Assembly: GCA_964016885.1 (NCBI GenBank)
Contig: OZ024757.1
Location: 34,782,001-34,846,000, forward strand
Reading direction: 5' to 3'
Length of the DNA stretch: 64,000 nucleotides
Origin: Eledone cirrhosa
Taxonomy: Eukaryota
A model generated the notes under the pieces. The model saw only the letters and a program-made list of their open reading frames with translations. It was not told where the DNA came from and made no database searches. Below are positions 60,826 through 64,000 of this stretch, in pieces. A program made the position numbers and the translations under genes. Within the stretch, counting starts at the first letter, position 1. Each line of letters begins with the position of its first letter.

Positions 60826-61034
60826 AACACACAATCCATTGCATTTGATTTAGGCACAAGGCCAGTAATTTAGGGGAGAAGGGAAAGTTGATTAAATTGA
60901 CCCCAGTAATTGACTGGTACTTTATTTTATCAACCCCGAAAGGATGACAGGCAAGGTTGACCTCAGTGGAAATTAAACTCAGACCGTACAGAGCCAGAAC
61001 AAATACTGTCACATGTTTGTCTGAAGGTCTAATG

Positions 61035-61784
61035 CAGGGGTGTGCAACAGGTGGCCTGCGGGCCACAATCCGACCCGCCAGAACAGTCAGAGTGGCCCTC
61101 AATGACGGTTTTTAATTTTTACCTTGTAGGCTTATTTAGAATTTTTTTCGTAACCATAATACAATTTTCTGTTAGTTGACCTATACTAAAGGGCTTCACT
61201 GATAGGGTCATGTATGTTATACTTTCCCAGTTGACCTATACTAAAGGGCTTCACTGATAGGGTCATGTATGTTATACTTTCCCAGTTGACCTATACTAAA
61301 GGGCTTCACTGATAGGGTCATGTATGTTATACTTTCCCAGTTGACCTATACTAAAGGGCTTCACTGATAGGGTCATGTATGTTATACTTTCCCAGTTGAC
61401 CTATACTAAAGGGCTTCACTGATAGGGTCATGTATGTTATACTTTCCCAGTTGACCTATACTAAAGGGCTTCACTGATAGGGTCATGTATGTTATACTTT
61501 CCCAGTTGACCTATACTAAAGGGCTTCACTGATAGGGTCATGTACGTTATAATTTCCCAGTTGACCTATACTAAAGGGCTTCACGGATAGGGTCATGTGT
61601 GTTATAATTTCCCAGTTGACCTATACTAAAGGGCTTCACTGATAGGGTCATGTGTGTTATAATTTCCCAGTTCCATGTTATGGAAAGAAGATGTGGCTGT
61701 CATTAGATTACATATTTTTGACAGTGACTGGCCCCAATAGTTGTTCAAAAGTGGCCCGGCAATGGAATATGTTGCACACCCCTG
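61035..61784. mobile_element. hAT (Charlie/Buster-type) non-autonomous element
   Basis: Perfect 15-bp TIR CAGGGGTGTGCAACA; TSD GTCTAATG/CTCTAATG (7/8). Confidence 0.88.
61176..61670. repeat. 9 x 55-bp tandem array inside the hAT element
   Basis: Unit TTGACCTATACTAAAGGGCTTCACTGATAGGGTCATGTATGTTATACTTTCCCAG starting at 61176, 61231 ... 61616. Confidence 0.97.
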
Positions 61785-62421
61785 CTCTAATGCCTCTGCC
61801 AATCTACCACTCTTTGATTATAAAATAACAATTTCTACAATGGACACAAGGCCAGCAATTTGATGGGAGGAGAAAGTCAATTCAATTGACCCCAGTACAT
61901 TACTGGTGCTTTGTTTTATCGACCAGGTAAGGATGAAAGTCAAAGCTCACTTCGGCAGAATTTGAACTCAGAATGTAAATGGCCGTAACAATGCTGCAAA
62001 GTATGTCCGATGCTCTACCAATTCTGCCAATCTACCACCCTTAATAATAATGATTTCTAGTATAGGCACAAGGCCAGTAATTTGGGAGAGGGGAAAGTCG
62101 ATTAAATTGACCCCAGTACATTACTGGTGCTTTATTTTATCGATCCCGTAAGGATGAAAGGCAAAGTCAACCTCAGCGGGATTTGAACTCAGACCGTGAC
62201 TCTATGCTGCAAAGTATAGTGTCTGACTATCTACCAATACTGCCAATCCACCACCCTTAATAATAATGATTTATTTTATTGGCCAGAAGGGCCCAGGACT
62301 TTGGGGACAATACAAGAATGAATTACAACACAAAGTGAGGTTTACATTGAGTAGAAGGGTTCATCTCATTCCCACATACACTTCATTGTCTTCAATATTT
62401 CAACATAGATGACCATCTTAC

Positions 62422-62626
62422 CTGCACAACACCACCGTATTTGTCACAGTATGCTGCCCAGTGAAACAACCGGTCAACTGACAATTGGACCTCTTTCACA
62501 CAATCACTCATCTCTCGATTGGTCATTTGGTGCAAAAGCTTAGCATTTTCCTCACTGCGAACTTCCAGATTTTCAGCAATGTAATACAGGATCTGTGAGC
62601 GAAGACGTCCTGTCTTCTTGGCCCAG
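62422..62626 (-). CDS. ALDH16A1: ALDH16A1-like exon
   Basis: tttcag|(G)WAKKTGRLRSQILYYIAENLEVR..EVQLSVDRLFHWAAYCDKYGGVVQ|gtaag. Confidence 0.9.
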
Positions 62627-62984
62627 CTGAAAGAAGACCAACAAATATATTAAAAAAATTTAAAAAACAGAACATTATAAATATGGCAGTGCCTCAGCCT
62701 GTTAGTTAGAACATGTAATAGAGTAATAGAGATATTGAAGTTAAACACAGAGATCCTAACAAGGACAAAATCTTGAGGGCCCTGTCAAAGGCCTTCTCAA
62801 GATCAATGAATGCTACATAGAGAAGCTTAATATTAGATCAATGAATGCTAGATAGAGTGGCTTACCGCTAGATACAGAGGCTTATGTTTAAATGAATGAA
62901 TGCTACATACAGAGGCTTATGTCTACACAGGTTTATTTATGTCTAGATCAACGAATGCTAGAGAGAGAGAAGGACAGTGCATAC

Positions 62985-63155
62985 CCAGGTGCAGCTTTCT
63001 GTGCAGCTTCAACAGCATTGCGAATATCTTTACGGTTGCTCTCAGGAACCAGCCCAATGATTGTTTTTCCATTTGGACTGAAGATAGTGCGAGAAGCTTG
63101 ACCATCTGGACGCTTCTGTCCTCCACCATAATACAGTTTGTAAGTTCGGTCAACA
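62985..63155 (-). CDS. ALDH16A1: ALDH16A1-like exon (start of the second ALDH-like domain; upstream exons lie beyond the window)
   Basis: tttcag|VDRTYKLYYGGGQKRPDG..SNRKDIRNAVEAAQKAAP(G)|gtatg; phases join across all four exons. Confidence 0.9.
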
Positions 63156-63204
63156 CTGAAATAGAAAGGGTTTTTTATTTTAACTATTAACACAAACATA
63201 TATA

Positions 63205-63452
63205 TCATCATCATCATCGTTTAACGTCCATTTTCCACACTAGCATGGGTTATACAGGTTGTCCCATTAGAAGTAATGGTGACCATGTCTTGCTCATATT
63301 GGCCTGTTTCTGGCTTCGTTTCTACAGCTGGATGCCCTTCATAACGCCAACCACATTTTCAGTGTGTGCTGGGTGCTTTTAGTCGTGACACCTACACAAC
63401 CACTTTACAGTGTGGGTTGGAGGCTTTTAGTCATGACACCTACATGACCACT
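63205..63452 (-). mobile_element. RTE-tailed V-domain-like short element (SINE or LINE 3' end)
   Basis: GAAGGGCATCCAGCTGTAGAAA core plus CCCATGCTAG..GGACGTTAAAC(GAT)n tail on - strand. Confidence 0.75.
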
Positions 63453-63680
63453 ATATATATATTGCAAAGGCAAAAATATATAACTAAATGTATATAGAGA
63501 GCTATATAGAGGAGTACATATTGCCAAATAGTTTTATGCAAAGCTCAATGTGTTTATGTAAAAATGGTTGGAAGAAATGAGAGACACTTCTAAGGAAAAA
63601 TATACAGAAAGATAGACGGAAATACAGAACATATCTGAAGAAAAAGATGAAGTGAAGTTCTTAACTTATTTAATGTTTAA

Positions 63681-63900
63681 CCCTTTAACATTTACATTAC
63701 TTAACATATATTATATATTTTCATGGTAAACACTTTATCTCACATAATTATCCCACATAATATCGAATCTAGGAAGTTTTGATATTATTTATTTTGAGAA
63801 CAATACCTTAACATCAGTATGAGCAGTCAATTACAGCCAGTTTGAATAGAAAAAGGTGAGAGAATTCTGGCTGGATATGGCCAGTTTAACTGTTACAGGG
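63681..63900. mobile_element. piggyBac-type MITE
   Basis: TTAA|CCCTTTAACA ... TGTTACAGGG|TTGA. Confidence 0.6.
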
Positions 63901-64000
63901 TTGACAATTGTTTCGGTAATGTCATGGAACATTACACAGTTAGTTAAAAGGAGAAATTTATGTATAATATGATATTTTGTATGATTTACCTTGTTTTACT

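Larger units (their letters stand above)
60845..62257 (-). mobile_element. Three head-to-tail tRNA SINEs (~60845-61810 split by a hAT MITE, ~61830-62040, ~62052-62257)
   Basis: Repeated core and B box. Confidence 0.82.

Noticed and set aside
61176-61670. CRISPR-like array, or tetO-like sites (CCCTATCAGTGA on - strand)
   Set aside because: No unique spacers and no cas genes; only a 12-bp partial match without the operator palindrome

Overview
Eukaryotic, AT-rich, repeat-dense DNA that resembles coleoid cephalopod (octopus-like) sequence; this is inferred from the KRAB-less tandem C2H2 genes, RTE LINEs, tRNA-SINEs and AT/CA microsatellites. Positions ~1.6-53 kb hold a tandem cluster of five + strand single-ORF C2H2 zinc-finger genes. 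Gene A (4645-6261) and gene B (50639-52342) are distinct parents. The three middle copies (16889, 28505, 39572) are B-head/A-tail chimeras, each on an ~11.1-11.6 kb repeat unit. Each unit carries a dead finger tail, a 5'-truncated RTE LINE with a PHD finger inside the RT, a microsatellite, a Penelope remnant interrupted by a Merlin-type TIR element (8-bp TSD), a CRE-clade RT fragment and an inverted RTE fragment. To the right lie a Penelope GIY-YIG remnant, an inverted RTE, a Merlin/ISXO2 transposase remnant and the last four coding exons of an ALDH16A1-like gene (- strand). The ALDH introns contain SINEs and a hAT MITE with a 9 x 55-bp array. No prokaryotic or CRISPR features are present. All calls were made by eye, so TE boundaries are approximate unless TSDs are quoted.
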